Shown: positions 1 to 9,687, numbered from the stretch's first letter. The stretch is DNA of 64,000 bases from Candidatus Latescibacterota bacterium (GCA_963707635.1 OY970173.1:1408001-1472000), one strand, 5' to 3'. Notes: generated by a model from the letters alone, not told the origin. Program-made: numbers and translations.

Positions 1-6
1 CCGCAC

Positions 7-1272
7 GTGAGTGTCGAGTCGCGCGAAGGTTGGGATGTGGTCGAGCGCACGGAGACGCCCGACGACCACACGGTGGTCTTTCACCTCAAGCGTCCGTACC
101 CGGACTTCGTCAACGAGACCTTCTACGACGAGTCGGTCCTGCCCGCCCACGTGCTACGGGACTTTCGCGGCGAGAAATTCCATTCGGCGCCGTTCCACCA
201 CGCTCCGATCGGGTCCGGCCCCTTCAAGTTCGAGAGCTGGACGTCGGGCTCGCACCTGGTGCTGGTGGCCAACCCGGACTACTACGGCGAGGGCCCGTAC
301 CTGGACAGCATCATCCTCAAGTTCGTGCCGACGGAAAACGCGCTGCTGGTGCAGCTCAAGACGGGCGAGATCGACATGTTCGACAACGCGAACATCAACT
401 TCATCGGCCAGCTCGAGCAGATTTCAGGCGTCCACGTGTATCGCACCCCGATGCTCATGTACGAACACCTCGACCTCAATACCGAGAACGAGGCGCTCAA
501 CGACCGGCGGGTCCGGCGCGCGTTGAGCCTCGCCACCAACAAGCGCGAGATCGCGGAGCGGGTCTACAACGGCCTGGTGCGCGAGGCGGCGCTCGACGAG
601 TTCGAGGAATCGCGGTATTTCTCCGCCGCCGCGGCCGCGCGGGCGACCTACGACCCGGCAGCTGCGCGGCGCCTCCTGCTCGAGGCGGGGTGGCGCGATT
701 CCGACGGCGACGGGATTCTGGATCGAGGCGGAAAGCCGCTGAAGCTGTCGATCAGCGCGAGCGCCGGCCAGCCCAACCGCGAGCGCACGGAATTGGTGCT
801 GCGCGAGCAATGGCGGCAAGTCGGGGTCGATCTCGAGCTGCGCAACTACGGCCCGACGGTGCTCTACGGGACCTACGAGGACGGTGGGGTCCTCAAGCGC
901 GGCACCTTCGACGTGGCGATGTACGCCTGGCTGTCCGCTCCGGCCCCGTCGCGCCGCGACGCGCTGTACGCGGCCAGCAGCATTCCGCCGCACGGGCAGA
1001 ACCACCCGCGCTTCGCGAACGAGGAAATCACGCGGCTGCTCGAGCAGGGAAGCACCGAGCCCGACTCGACGGTGCGTGACTCCATCTACCGCCGGGTTCA
1101 GGAGATCCTGGTGGAGGAATCGCCCGTCATTCCTCTCTTCTGGTACACGGCCATCGACCCGGTGAGCGAACGGCTCCACAACTTCCGGCCCAACGCCACC
1201 CAGTCCGCGGACACCTGGAACGCGGCGCAGTGGTACCTCGCCGATCCCGGGTCCGAAGTCTCGCGCCGCTAG
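7..1272 (+). CDS. Peptide ABC transporter substrate-binding protein (family 5, OppA/DppA/AppA-like), 5'-truncated by the window edge
   Basis: Motifs PIGSGPFKFESW, NPDYYGEGPYLD and RVRRALSLATN; followed by two permeases. Confidence 0.9.
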   Translation: MSVESREGWDVVERTETPDDHTVVFHLKRPYPDFVNETFYDESVLPAHVLRDFRGEKFHSAPFHHAPIGSGPFKFESWTSGSHLVLVANPDYYGEGPYLDSIILKFVPTENALLVQLKTGEIDMFDNANINFIGQLEQISGVHVYRTPMLMYEHLDLNTENEALNDRRVRRALSLATNKREIAERVYNGLVREAALDEFEESRYFSAAAAARATYDPAAARRLLLEAGWRDSDGDGILDRGGKPLKLSISASAGQPNRERTELVLREQWRQVGVDLELRNYGPTVLYGTYEDGGVLKRGTFDVAMYAWLSAPAPSRRDALYAASSIPPHGQNHPRFANEEITRLLEQGSTEPDSTVRDSIYRRVQEILVEESPVIPLFWYTAIDPVSERLHNFRPNATQSADTWNAAQWYLADPGSEVSRR

Positions 1273-1424
1273 GGCCTCAACTCACGCTTCCCCATCGTTC
1301 CCCACCGGGCGCACCGCTTTATCCACGCAGCGGGTTGGTACAGAACTCGCACCTATCGTGCCCGACTGGGCTGTCCGGCGCCAATCGTGGAACTTAACAT
1401 ATTGTGAAATAACAGGTTAATTGC

Positions 1425-2384
1425 GTGTTGCGGTATTTCCTGAAACGACTGATCGCGGTGATTCCGCTCGTAGTCCTGGTGTCGCTGATTTGTTTTGCAC
1501 TCATGCAGGCGAGTCCGGGCGGCCCGACGGCCATGCTCTCCGACAACCCCATGGTGGGACCGGACGACGTCGCGCGCATCCGATCCGATTTCGGAGTGGA
1601 CCGGCCCGTGATCGTCCAGTACGCGTTCTGGCTCAAGCGCGTGGTATTCCACGGCGATTTCGGCCGTTCGCACGTCACCGGCGAGCCGGTGCTGGCGATG
1701 ATCTGCCAGCGCCTGCCCGCCACGCTCGAGCTCATGGGAGCGGCGTTCCTGCTGGCGTTCCTGTTCGGATTGTCGGGCGGGATTCTCGCCGCGCTCAAGC
1801 GCTACACGAAATTCGACTCCGCGATCATGCTGGTCACGGTATTCGGCATTTCCATCCCGGTGTTCTGGCTGGGGCTGATGTCGATGATGCTCTTCACGGT
1901 GAAATGGCGGCTGTTGCCATCGGCCGGAATGTTTTCGCTCGGAATACCGTTCTCGATTCTGGACCACCTCCGGCATCTGCTGATGCCTTCGCTCGTGCTC
2001 TCGCTGCTGTTCATCGCGAGCTGGAGCCGATACATGCGCGCGAGTCTCTCCGACGTGCTCGCCCTGAACTATATCAACGTGGCCCGCGCCAAGGGCGCGT
2101 CCGGGACCGACGTCGTGTTCCGACACGCGGTACGGAACGCCGCGATTCCCGTGCTGACCGTCATCGCGTTGAACCTGCCGGCGCTCTTCACCGGCTCCAT
2201 CATCACCGAGTCGATTTTCGCGTGGCCGGGGATGGGGCGACTCTTTTTCGACGGACTCTTGCGGCAGGATTACACCCGGCTGATGGGGATCATCTTCATC
2301 GCGTCGGCGCTGATTGCGTTGCTCAATCTGATCGCGGATACAATCTATGGGATTCTCGACCCCCGTATTAGATTCGCCCGCTAA
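1425..2384 (+). CDS. Peptide ABC transporter permease (OppB/DppB-like)
   Basis: N-terminal YFLKRL, GDFGRS, RLPATLEL; EAA-like loop YINVARAKG; FAWPGMGR. Confidence 0.93.
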   Translation: MLRYFLKRLIAVIPLVVLVSLICFALMQASPGGPTAMLSDNPMVGPDDVARIRSDFGVDRPVIVQYAFWLKRVVFHGDFGRSHVTGEPVLAMICQRLPATLELMGAAFLLAFLFGLSGGILAALKRYTKFDSAIMLVTVFGISIPVFWLGLMSMMLFTVKWRLLPSAGMFSLGIPFSILDHLRHLLMPSLVLSLLFIASWSRYMRASLSDVLALNYINVARAKGASGTDVVFRHAVRNAAIPVLTVIALNLPALFTGSIITESIFAWPGMGRLFFDGLLRQDYTRLMGIIFIASALIALLNLIADTIYGILDPRIRFAR

Positions 2385-2484
2385 CGGCACGGCGAAACGG
2401 GCCCGGGCGGTCCGGACCTCGCACCCGCTGCGCGACACGTTCCGTCCGAGCCCGGCCGGAGACCGACGCGGGCTGCGTCCGGGC

Positions 2485-3318
2485 GTGGCCGGCGTGCTCA
2501 GGCGGAGCCCGCTCGCGTACGCCGCGTTCATCCTGATGGGCCTGATCCTGCTCGGCGCGGTCTTCGCGCCGCTCATGAGCCCCTATCAGAAGGACAAGAT
2601 CGACCTCACCCGCCAGTACCTGCCCCCGTCGCTCGATCATCCGTTCGGGACCGACGACCTGGGGCGCGACATCTTCGTACGGGTGATGCACGGGGGTCGC
2701 ATCTCGCTCGCCGTCGGGTTCCTGGCCATGTTCGTCGCGCTCTTGATCGGGGTGACGGCCGGGGGCGTGGCCGGGTACTACGGAGGATGGATCGACTCCG
2801 TGATCATGCGTTCGGTCGATCTGATGCTGGCGGTGCCGTCGTTCTTCGTCATCCTGTTCATCTCGAGCGCGATTACGCCCAAAGTCTCCATCGTCGGCGT
2901 GTGCCTGATGATCGGATGCACGCAATGGATGGAAGTCACGCGCCTGGTGCGCGCCGTGGTGATGACCACCAAGGAGCACGAGTTCGTCGATGCCGCCCGA
3001 ACCATCGGGCTCGCGGATTCCCGGATCATCGTCCGGCACCTGCTTCCCCACACCACCGCGCCGGTCCTGGTCGCGGTAACACTCGGACTCGCGCAGGCGA
3101 TCATCATCGAAAGCGGAATCTCCTTCCTCGGATTCGGGGTGCAGCCCCCGACCCCCAGCTGGGGCGCCATGCTGCAGGATGCGCAGAGTTACCTCGGGGA
3201 CTGCCCGTGGATCGCCGTGTTCCCGGGGCTGATGATTTGCCTGACGGTAGTTTGCTGCAACGTGCTGGCCGACTTCCTAGGCGAAGCGACCGGACCCGGC
3301 CGCTCGTCGCTCTCCTGA
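2485..3318 (+). CDS. Peptide ABC transporter permease (OppC/DppC-like)
   Basis: HPFGTDDLGRD, GGRISLAVG, EFVDAARTIG, FLGFGVQPPTPSWG; start uncertain (ORF open from 2347, GTG 2485 chosen). Confidence 0.92.
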   Translation: MAGVLRRSPLAYAAFILMGLILLGAVFAPLMSPYQKDKIDLTRQYLPPSLDHPFGTDDLGRDIFVRVMHGGRISLAVGFLAMFVALLIGVTAGGVAGYYGGWIDSVIMRSVDLMLAVPSFFVILFISSAITPKVSIVGVCLMIGCTQWMEVTRLVRAVVMTTKEHEFVDAARTIGLADSRIIVRHLLPHTTAPVLVAVTLGLAQAIIIESGISFLGFGVQPPTPSWGAMLQDAQSYLGDCPWIAVFPGLMICLTVVCCNVLADFLGEATGPGRSSLS

Positions 3319-3443
3319 GCCGACCGATTCCCGTTCTTCCCGCCTCGGATCGGCCTTGATGCCGCCGCGGTTCGTGCGGTATTCTGACCGCCCTGGCTTT
3401 TCGGTATCCCGTTTGGAGAAAACGGATTACGCGGAGGGCGCGG

Positions 3444-4202
3444 GTGAACTACGAGGCGGAACTTCGCGTGATGTGGACGGCGGTATTTGCGGTGGTGGCG
3501 GCCCTGGCGACCTTCGGGGGTGGGGTTCTGGCGACGTTGCCGGGGCGACTGGCGCACAGCCGCCTGAATCACCTGATCGCGTTCGGCGCGGGGTACATGC
3601 TGGCGGCGGCGCTGGTCAGCCTCCTGCCCGAGAGCCTCGCGCTACTGGACCAGGCCCCGCTGTGCGTGCTGGCCGGCTACGTGATGGCCCACATGTTCGA
3701 GCACACCTTCACAAGCCACTTCCACTTCGGCGAAGAGACCCACGCCGAGCACGTCCTGGACCCGCGGGTGGGGATCGGCGCCCTGGTCGGGCTGGCGTTG
3801 CACGCCTTCTTCGACGGGGTCGCGATTTCGTCCGGATTCCTGGTGACTCCGTCGCTCGGGGTCCTCGTCGCGCTGGCGGTGATTCTCCACAAGGTGCCCG
3901 AAGGCGTCACCATCTCGTCGGTCATGCTGGCGTCGGGCCGCTCGCGCGCAAACGCCCGCAAGGCGGCCGGGCTGCTGGCAGTCTCGACCCTGGTGGGAGC
4001 GGCGGGGATGGCGTGGTTGGGCGAAGGCGTCAAGGGAATCGGCCTCGCGCTCTCCTGTGGCGTGGCGCTCTACGTCGCCGCGACCGACCTCATTCCGGAG
4101 ATCAACCAGCTGGAGAAGCGCGTTTACTCGTTCAGCGCGCTGTTCGGGGTAGTGCTATACTTCGCCGTGCACGCACTCATGGCGACCATCGGGATTCACT
4201 GA
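3444..4202 (+). CDS. ZIP family divalent metal transporter
   Basis: His-rich loop HFHFGEETHAEH; LHAFFDG and ILHKVPEG motifs; multiple TM segments. Confidence 0.9.
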   Translation: MNYEAELRVMWTAVFAVVAALATFGGGVLATLPGRLAHSRLNHLIAFGAGYMLAAALVSLLPESLALLDQAPLCVLAGYVMAHMFEHTFTSHFHFGEETHAEHVLDPRVGIGALVGLALHAFFDGVAISSGFLVTPSLGVLVALAVILHKVPEGVTISSVMLASGRSRANARKAAGLLAVSTLVGAAGMAWLGEGVKGIGLALSCGVALYVAATDLIPEINQLEKRVYSFSALFGVVLYFAVHALMATIGIH

Positions 4203-4215
4203 CGGGTGGAATGAC

Positions 4216-4548
4216 GTGGATTTCATCGTCGTTTTGATCACGGCGCCGACCGCCGCGGATGCCCGCCGCATCGCGCGCGTGCTCGTCGAAGAGCGCTATG
4301 CCGCCTGCGTCAATGTGCTGCCGGGGTGCGAGAGTGTCTATCGCTGGGAGGGGAAGGTGGTCGAGGAGTCGGAGACGATGATGGTGGCCAAGACGGCTCG
4401 AGAACAATTTCCCGATCTGGCCCGACGTGTGGCCGAGATTCATCCCCACGCCGTACCCGAGGTCATCGGGCTTCCCCTGGTCGAAGTCGCGGAGCGCTAC
4501 CGGTTGTTCCTCTCCGACAGCGTCCCGCGCCGGGCACGGAAGGATTGA
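4216..4548 (+). CDS. cutA: Divalent-cation tolerance protein CutA
   Basis: AACVNVLPG..SVYRWEG and HPHAVPEVI motifs. Confidence 0.92.
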   Translation: MDFIVVLITAPTAADARRIARVLVEERYAACVNVLPGCESVYRWEGKVVEESETMMVAKTAREQFPDLARRVAEIHPHAVPEVIGLPLVEVAERYRLFLSDSVPRRARKD

Positions 4549-4556
4549 TGCCCGTG

Positions 4557-4886
4557 CTAGACGACGGCTGCCGTCTTCTCGACGGCCACCTGCACCAGCG
4601 TGCCCACCACGGCCCCGACGGTGGTCACGAAGGCGCGCCCGAGCGTCCTTGCTGCCTTGGCCGTGCGGATCACCGCGTGCGTCCGGCCCGTACTCTCATA
4701 GCGCGAGACGCAGACGACTCGCCGGGTGGTTTCTCCCGGGACCTGGACCTTCACCAGGACCGGAGGCGGGGTGTCCAGCGCGTGGCGGACGACTTCCGCC
4801 TTCTTCGCGTGGTCGCAAGCATATACAGATGAATAGACTCCGAACAGGAACAGCCCTGTCACTATTACTGTCGCCCACCGTGCCAT
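4557..4886 (-). CDS. Small exported hypothetical protein
   Basis: Strong SD AAGGAGGT before ATG at 4886; signal-peptide-like N-terminus ending VYA-CD. Confidence 0.7.
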   Translation of the reverse strand: MARWATVIVTGLFLFGVYSSVYACDHAKKAEVVRHALDTPPPVLVKVQVPGETTRRVVCVSRYESTGRTHAVIRTAKAARTLGRAFVTTVGAVVGTLVQVAVEKTAAVV

Positions 4887-4909
4887 GTCGCACCTCCTTG
4901 TCGTGTTCA

Positions 4910-4935
4910 TACGTCGGCGCGGCCCATCGGGTTCC
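4910..4935 (-). promoter_or_regulatory. Candidate ECF-sigma promoter GGAAC-N17-CGTA
   Basis: Motif read on the - strand just upstream of the RBS of the 4557-4886 gene. Confidence 0.4.
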
Positions 4936-5016
4936 CGCCGTTTGTGGGGTTCACCGGTTTAGACGCCCCGCGGGCGCCGGGGGTTGCAGAATAATTTTCC
5001 TTCCGGAGAGCCGCCA

Positions 5017-5838
5017 GTGACCAAGGCTCCGGCCATCGGGCTCGCGTTAAGCGGGGGAACCGCCAAATCGGTCACGCACGTCGGGATCATCAAGGCCCTG
5101 GTGGAGGCCGGGATACCGATATCCTGCGTCTCGGGCACCAGCGGCGGGAGTATCGTCGGATCGATGTTCGCCTCGGGCATGCCGATCTCGACCATGGAAG
5201 CAGTCGCGGCCGCGATGAGCTGGCGCAAGCTCGTCAGCATCCGGCTCACCCGCCTCGGATTCATCTCCAGCCAGCGCATCGAGGAATTCGTCACCGAAAC
5301 CATCGGCGACCTGCACTTCGAGGACCTCAATCTGCCGACCGGGGTCGTCGCCACCAACCTGGTGTCCGGCGAGAAGACCGTGTTTCGATCCGGCCCGCTC
5401 GCCCGCGCCGTGCGCGCCAGCTGCTCGATCCCGCAGATCTACCTGCCGGTCGAAATCGACGGCGAGTACTACGTCGACGGGGGCCTCTCCGAGTATCTGC
5501 CGGTGGAGACCGCGCAGGCGATGGGCGCCGAGTTCACGATCGCATCGCACCTGGCGCCGATCGACCCCTCCTACCGCAGACCCCAGAACATTCTGCAGCT
5601 CGTCGTGCAGGTGACCGGCTTGATGGCGAGGAAGAACTTCCCGATCTCCGAGGCGAAGGCGAACTTCGTGATCCACCCCAACGTCGATGCGTACAGCTCG
5701 TTCGACTTCGAGCACTCGCAGGAGATGATCGAGATCGGGTACGACACGACGCGCCGGCTGCTCCCCGACCTTACCGCGAGCATCGAGCGCGCCGGCGGCT
5801 TCGTCCCGCGCATCGCCCGCAAGCTCTTCGGGGACTAG
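5017..5838 (+). CDS. Patatin-like phospholipase (RssA-like)
   Basis: LALSGG oxyanion motif, GTSGG nucleophile elbow, DGG motif; GGAGAG RBS before GTG 5017. Confidence 0.9.
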   Translation: MTKAPAIGLALSGGTAKSVTHVGIIKALVEAGIPISCVSGTSGGSIVGSMFASGMPISTMEAVAAAMSWRKLVSIRLTRLGFISSQRIEEFVTETIGDLHFEDLNLPTGVVATNLVSGEKTVFRSGPLARAVRASCSIPQIYLPVEIDGEYYVDGGLSEYLPVETAQAMGAEFTIASHLAPIDPSYRRPQNILQLVVQVTGLMARKNFPISEAKANFVIHPNVDAYSSFDFEHSQEMIEIGYDTTRRLLPDLTASIERAGGFVPRIARKLFGD

Positions 5839-5846
5839 GGAGCGCC

Positions 5847-6683
5847 ATGGGCCCGGCGCGCCCGATTGCGTTTCTCACCGACTTCGGCACCGACGATTTC
5901 TACGCGGGCGTCATGCGCGCGGTGGCGGCCTCGGCCTCGCCGTCGTCGCGCCTGATCGATCTTTCGCACCACATTCCCGCGCACGAGGTGGCGCAGGCCA
6001 GTTTCGTCCTCGCACGCTCGATCGACTACCTGCCGGCGGACGCCGTCGTGGTGGTGGTGGTCGATCCCGGCGTGGGCGGCGACCGTCGCGCCATCCTGGT
6101 GGAGGCGGGCGATCGCGTGCTGGTCGGACCGGACAACGGGTTCGCCAGCGACCTCTTCGCCGGCGGGGCCGCCGGGCGCGTGTTCGCGATCGACGGTGCG
6201 GCGGCGGCGCGCGCGGCCGGTTTAGGATGCGGGGGCATTCCAGCCCGTGGTGCCACCTTTCACGGCCGCGACGTCTTCGCTCCGGTGGCGGCGGCGATAG
6301 CCCGCGGCGCCCGCGCGAGCGATTTCGGGGTCGTGGTGGACGGAGCGGTGATGCTGCGCGATGTCCCGAGCGTTTCCATCGACGCCGGCCGCGTGCAGGG
6401 CGTCGGGCGCTACGTGGATCGCTTCGGCAACGTGCTTTCCGACATTCCGCGGGGCGTGCTCGAACGCGTGTTCGGCGATGGCCTCGACCGCATCGGCGTG
6501 ACCGTCGGCGGGCGTGCCGCCGGTGCGCTGCGACGGGCGTACGTCGAGGGCGCGCCGGGCGCGCTGATGGGTCTCTTGAACAGCTGGGACCTGGTGGAAG
6601 CGGCCGTGAACGGCGGCCGGGCGTGGGATCTGCTCGGTGCCCGCCGGCCGGAAGACGTTCGTTTTGAACTGCGGGGGCCCTAG
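5847..6683 (+). CDS. SAM hydroxide adenosyltransferase / SAM hydrolase (DUF62, chlorinase/fluorinase superfamily)
   Basis: FLTDFG, VVDPGVG, VGPDNG, TFHGRDVFAP, YVDRFGN. Confidence 0.9.
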   Translation: MGPARPIAFLTDFGTDDFYAGVMRAVAASASPSSRLIDLSHHIPAHEVAQASFVLARSIDYLPADAVVVVVVDPGVGGDRRAILVEAGDRVLVGPDNGFASDLFAGGAAGRVFAIDGAAAARAAGLGCGGIPARGATFHGRDVFAPVAAAIARGARASDFGVVVDGAVMLRDVPSVSIDAGRVQGVGRYVDRFGNVLSDIPRGVLERVFGDGLDRIGVTVGGRAAGALRRAYVEGAPGALMGLLNSWDLVEAAVNGGRAWDLLGARRPEDVRFELRGP

Positions 6684-6684
6684 C

Positions 6685-8121
6685 GTGCGCATCGAGAAGC
6701 GCAGCGACTGCATCTGGGAGATCCCGCGCGAGGGTGGCATGCGCGTCCCCGGCCGGATCATCGCCAGCGACGTGCTCATGGAGTCGATACGGGACGACGC
6801 CGCGGTCGAACAGGTCGCGAACGTGGCCCACTTGCCCGGAATCGTCGGCTACTCGTGGGCCATGCCCGACATGCACCTCGGCTACGGCTTTCCGATCGGC
6901 GGCGTGGCCGCCACCGCGTTCGACGCGGGTGGCGTCATCTCGCCGGGCGGCGTCGGCTACGACATCAACTGCGGGGTGCGTCTGGTCGCGAGTGGACTCA
7001 CTCGCGACGAGGTGGCGCCGCGCATCGAGCGGCTCGTCGCGCGTCTCTTCGAGCAGGTTCCGTGCGGGCCGAGCCCGCGTGAGTCGGCGATGGGAGAGCT
7101 GTCCGTGGCGGAGACGCGCCGCGCGCTGCGCGACGGGGCCCGCTACGCGATCGCGCGGGGCTTCGGGCGCGCCGAAGACCTCGAGTGTTGCGAGGAGAAC
7201 GGAGCCCTGGCCGGCGCCGCGCCGGACGCGGTCAGCGACGGAGCGATCGATCGCGGGCGCCGGCAGCTCGGATCGGTGGGCTCGGGCAACCACTTCCTGG
7301 AGGTCGGTTACGTGAGCCGCGTGTTCGCGCCCGACGTGGCCCGCGCGCTCGGTCTCGAAGAGGGAACCGTGACCCTCCTCATCCACTGCGGCTCGCGCGG
7401 GCTCGGCCACCAGGTGTGCACCGATTTCCTGCGCGAAATGGCCGCGGCGCGTTTCGCCTTCACGCTGCCCGACCGCCAGCTCGCCGCCGCGCCGCTGGAT
7501 TCGGATCTGGGACGCCGGTATCTGGGAGCCATGAACGCGGCGGCGAACTTCGCGTGGGCAAACCGGCAGGCGCTGATGGTGCTCGCGGAGCGGGTGTTCG
7601 CCGGCGTGTTCGCCGCGCCGAGCGACCGTCTCGGCTTTCGACTCGTCTACGACGTGTCGCACAACCTCGCCAAGACCGAGACCCATCGCGTCGCGGGAGT
7701 GCCGCGACGCGTATGCGTGCACCGCAAGGGCGCCACGCGCGCGCTCCCGCCGGGGGACGATCGCGTGCCCGCGAAATACCGCGGCGTTGGACAACCGGTG
7801 CTGGTGCCGGGCGACATGGGGACCGCGTCGCACGTCTGTGTGGGGGCCGCCTTCGAGGGCGAGCACCCCTTTCACTCGAGCTGTCACGGGGCCGGGCGCC
7901 GGCTCTCGCGCCGCTCGGCGACGAGACGCGGCGCGGGGCGCTCCATCGTCGACGAACTGAAGCGGCACGGGGTCGTCGTCATGGCGAAAGACCGGCGCAC
8001 GCTCGCCGAGGAGATGCCCGAAGCCTACAAGGACGTGTCGGAGGTCGTGGGCACGATGGCCCGTGTCGGGCTGGTTCGACAGGGGGTCGAGATTCGACCG
8101 CTCGGCGTGATCAAGGGCTAG
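6685..8121 (+). CDS. rtcB: RtcB family 3'-phosphate/5'-OH RNA ligase
   Basis: MPDMHLGYGFPIGG, VGYDINCG, GSGNHFLE, HCGSRG, YDVSHN, HRKGAT, SSCHGAGR, C-terminal IKG. Confidence 0.95.
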   Translation: MRIEKRSDCIWEIPREGGMRVPGRIIASDVLMESIRDDAAVEQVANVAHLPGIVGYSWAMPDMHLGYGFPIGGVAATAFDAGGVISPGGVGYDINCGVRLVASGLTRDEVAPRIERLVARLFEQVPCGPSPRESAMGELSVAETRRALRDGARYAIARGFGRAEDLECCEENGALAGAAPDAVSDGAIDRGRRQLGSVGSGNHFLEVGYVSRVFAPDVARALGLEEGTVTLLIHCGSRGLGHQVCTDFLREMAAARFAFTLPDRQLAAAPLDSDLGRRYLGAMNAAANFAWANRQALMVLAERVFAGVFAAPSDRLGFRLVYDVSHNLAKTETHRVAGVPRRVCVHRKGATRALPPGDDRVPAKYRGVGQPVLVPGDMGTASHVCVGAAFEGEHPFHSSCHGAGRRLSRRSATRRGAGRSIVDELKRHGVVVMAKDRRTLAEEMPEAYKDVSEVVGTMARVGLVRQGVEIRPLGVIKG

Positions 8122-8162
8122 ACCGCTCCCGAGCGCGGCGGGCGGCATCCCCTTTTTGGGGC

Positions 8163-8191
8163 TTCAAGGGCGCAAATGGATGCGTTATGAT
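8163..8191 (+). promoter_or_regulatory. Candidate sigma70 promoter TTCAAG-N17-TATGAT for the OMP-OMP-fbp unit
   Basis: Motif and spacing read directly from sequence. Confidence 0.4.
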
Positions 8192-8359
8192 CACGCGCCG
8201 AGCCAACGCCCGAAGATCACGCCGGTGTCGAACCCGGCACTCCCGGTATTCATCGAACCCACGCTGTGACCCCGCCGTGACGTGCGACGACACGATGGTG
8301 CGCCGGGGTCGACCGGGGACGCACGAAGAATTTCGAACGTGAAAGGGTGAGTATTGAAG

Positions 8360-9064
8360 ATGAAACGCGCGATATGGTTGGTCATGCTGGGCGTTTGCGC
8401 CGCCGGTTTCGCCCCCGCCGACGGGTGGGCACAGACGTCCCGGCAGCCCACGGAGGTGAAGTACCTGCGCGTCCCACACCGGTTCCAGATCTTCATCGAC
8501 GGCGGAATCGCGCTCCCGTCCGAGCCCGGTGTGTTCAACGATTACTGGAACACCGCGTTCAACCTCGGCATCGGGTTCGGAGTTTCGATCCTGCCGTGGC
8601 TCGAGGTGAACGCGAGCTACTGCCGCGCGTCGTTCGGCTTGAACGCGATCGAAGCGAAGGGAAAGATCAAATACACGGGCATCCAGGAGGTGCAGGGCGG
8701 GAGCGTGAGCACGAAGGTCTTCTCGGGGTCCGTCCGCTTTCTCGCGGTGCCCAAGGCGCGCACGAATCCGTACGTGGAAGTCGGCGTCGGCGCGTTTACC
8801 ACCTCGGGTGCCGACGTGATCATCGAGGGTGTGCTGCGCAACTCGATGGAGGACGTCAGCGGGATCTCGGTCTGGCCGGCGGTGGGCATTCAATACGCGA
8901 TGAGCGATCGGTGGAGCGCGTACTCCCGGTTCACCTACATGATGAACTTGAACAGTGACTTCGCCCCCGGCGACCTGCTGCTGCCGCCGGGCGGGGGCAC
9001 GCCAACCATCGGCGGCAACCAGGTCATTTCGTCGATCATCGTCGGCGTCATGATACGGTTCTAG
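8360..9064 (+). CDS. Outer-membrane beta-barrel protein (OmpA-TM/OmpW-like)
   Basis: Signal peptide, alternating amphipathic strands, NPYVEVGVG, C-terminal Phe. Confidence 0.75.
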   Translation: MKRAIWLVMLGVCAAGFAPADGWAQTSRQPTEVKYLRVPHRFQIFIDGGIALPSEPGVFNDYWNTAFNLGIGFGVSILPWLEVNASYCRASFGLNAIEAKGKIKYTGIQEVQGGSVSTKVFSGSVRFLAVPKARTNPYVEVGVGAFTTSGADVIIEGVLRNSMEDVSGISVWPAVGIQYAMSDRWSAYSRFTYMMNLNSDFAPGDLLLPPGGGTPTIGGNQVISSIIVGVMIRF

Positions 9065-9084
9065 GAAGCCGGGAAGGCGGCGCG

Positions 9085-9687
9085 ATGAAGCCCCGCGGAC
9101 ACACGCTGCTGGCGCTGACGTTGGCAGTCTTTGCGGTCTCGCCGGGTCGCGCGAGTGCGGAGCCCCACACGCGCACGGGTTTCTTCGTCGGCTTCGGGCT
9201 GGGTTCGGGCAACGCGTCGTGGGACTGGTTCGACGGACGCAGCAGCGAATGGTCGGGCAGCGGCTCGCTGCGCCTGGGGATGGCGCTCGCCAACGATTTC
9301 CTCCTCGGCCTCGAAGCCTGGCGATGGTCCCACGACTATCAGGTCGAGACCTCCGCCGCGCCCGTCCCGGTGGAAGCGGGGCTGACCGCGGTCACACTCG
9401 CGGCCACCTATTTCCCGGGCAATGCGGGTTTCTTTCTCCGGGGTGGTGTGGGTGTCGCAGACGGGCGCGTGGACGTGAGCCCGCCCTCCGGCGTCAGCTT
9501 CCCGGTGAGCGGACAGACCCGGGACACGGGAGTGGCGGTGCTCGGGGCGCTGGGTTACGAGATGCGGCTCACGTCGCGATTCGCACTCGGCGCGGAGGGT
9601 GACGTCGTCTACCTCGGCGTGGCCGGGGAAGCGATCGACACCGTGTTTGGTTACGGGATCGCCGTCGAGTTGAACTGGTACTGGTAG
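9085..9687 (+). CDS. Outer-membrane beta-barrel protein
   Basis: Signal peptide, GFFVGFGLG, GALGYE, aromatic C-terminus NWYW. Confidence 0.75.
   Translation: MKPRGHTLLALTLAVFAVSPGRASAEPHTRTGFFVGFGLGSGNASWDWFDGRSSEWSGSGSLRLGMALANDFLLGLEAWRWSHDYQVETSAAPVPVEAGLTAVTLAATYFPGNAGFFLRGGVGVADGRVDVSPPSGVSFPVSGQTRDTGVAVLGALGYEMRLTSRFALGAEGDVVYLGVAGEAIDTVFGYGIAVELNWYW

Noticed and set aside
7..3318. Peptide ABC cluster lacking ATPase genes
   Set aside because: The cluster is cut by the window edge, and the ATPases may be upstream or elsewhere, so the absence is uninformative.
5847..6683. Fluorinase/chlorinase assignment
   Set aside because: It has the Asp/Arg/His pattern (VVDPGVG, RR, TFHGRD) of DUF62 SAM hydrolases and no halometabolite cluster context.
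6685..8121. Functional link between RtcB and the structured repeats
   Set aside because: The nearest copy is about 6 kb away and nothing in the sequence connects them.
5911..8148. Long antisense or alternate-frame ORFs (this 745-aa one and many others, e.g. 23324-25150, 36402-38387, 49844-51880)
   Set aside because: They are shadow ORFs of high-GC coding DNA: Arg/Ala/Pro-rich, without motifs, and fully overlapping well-supported genes.
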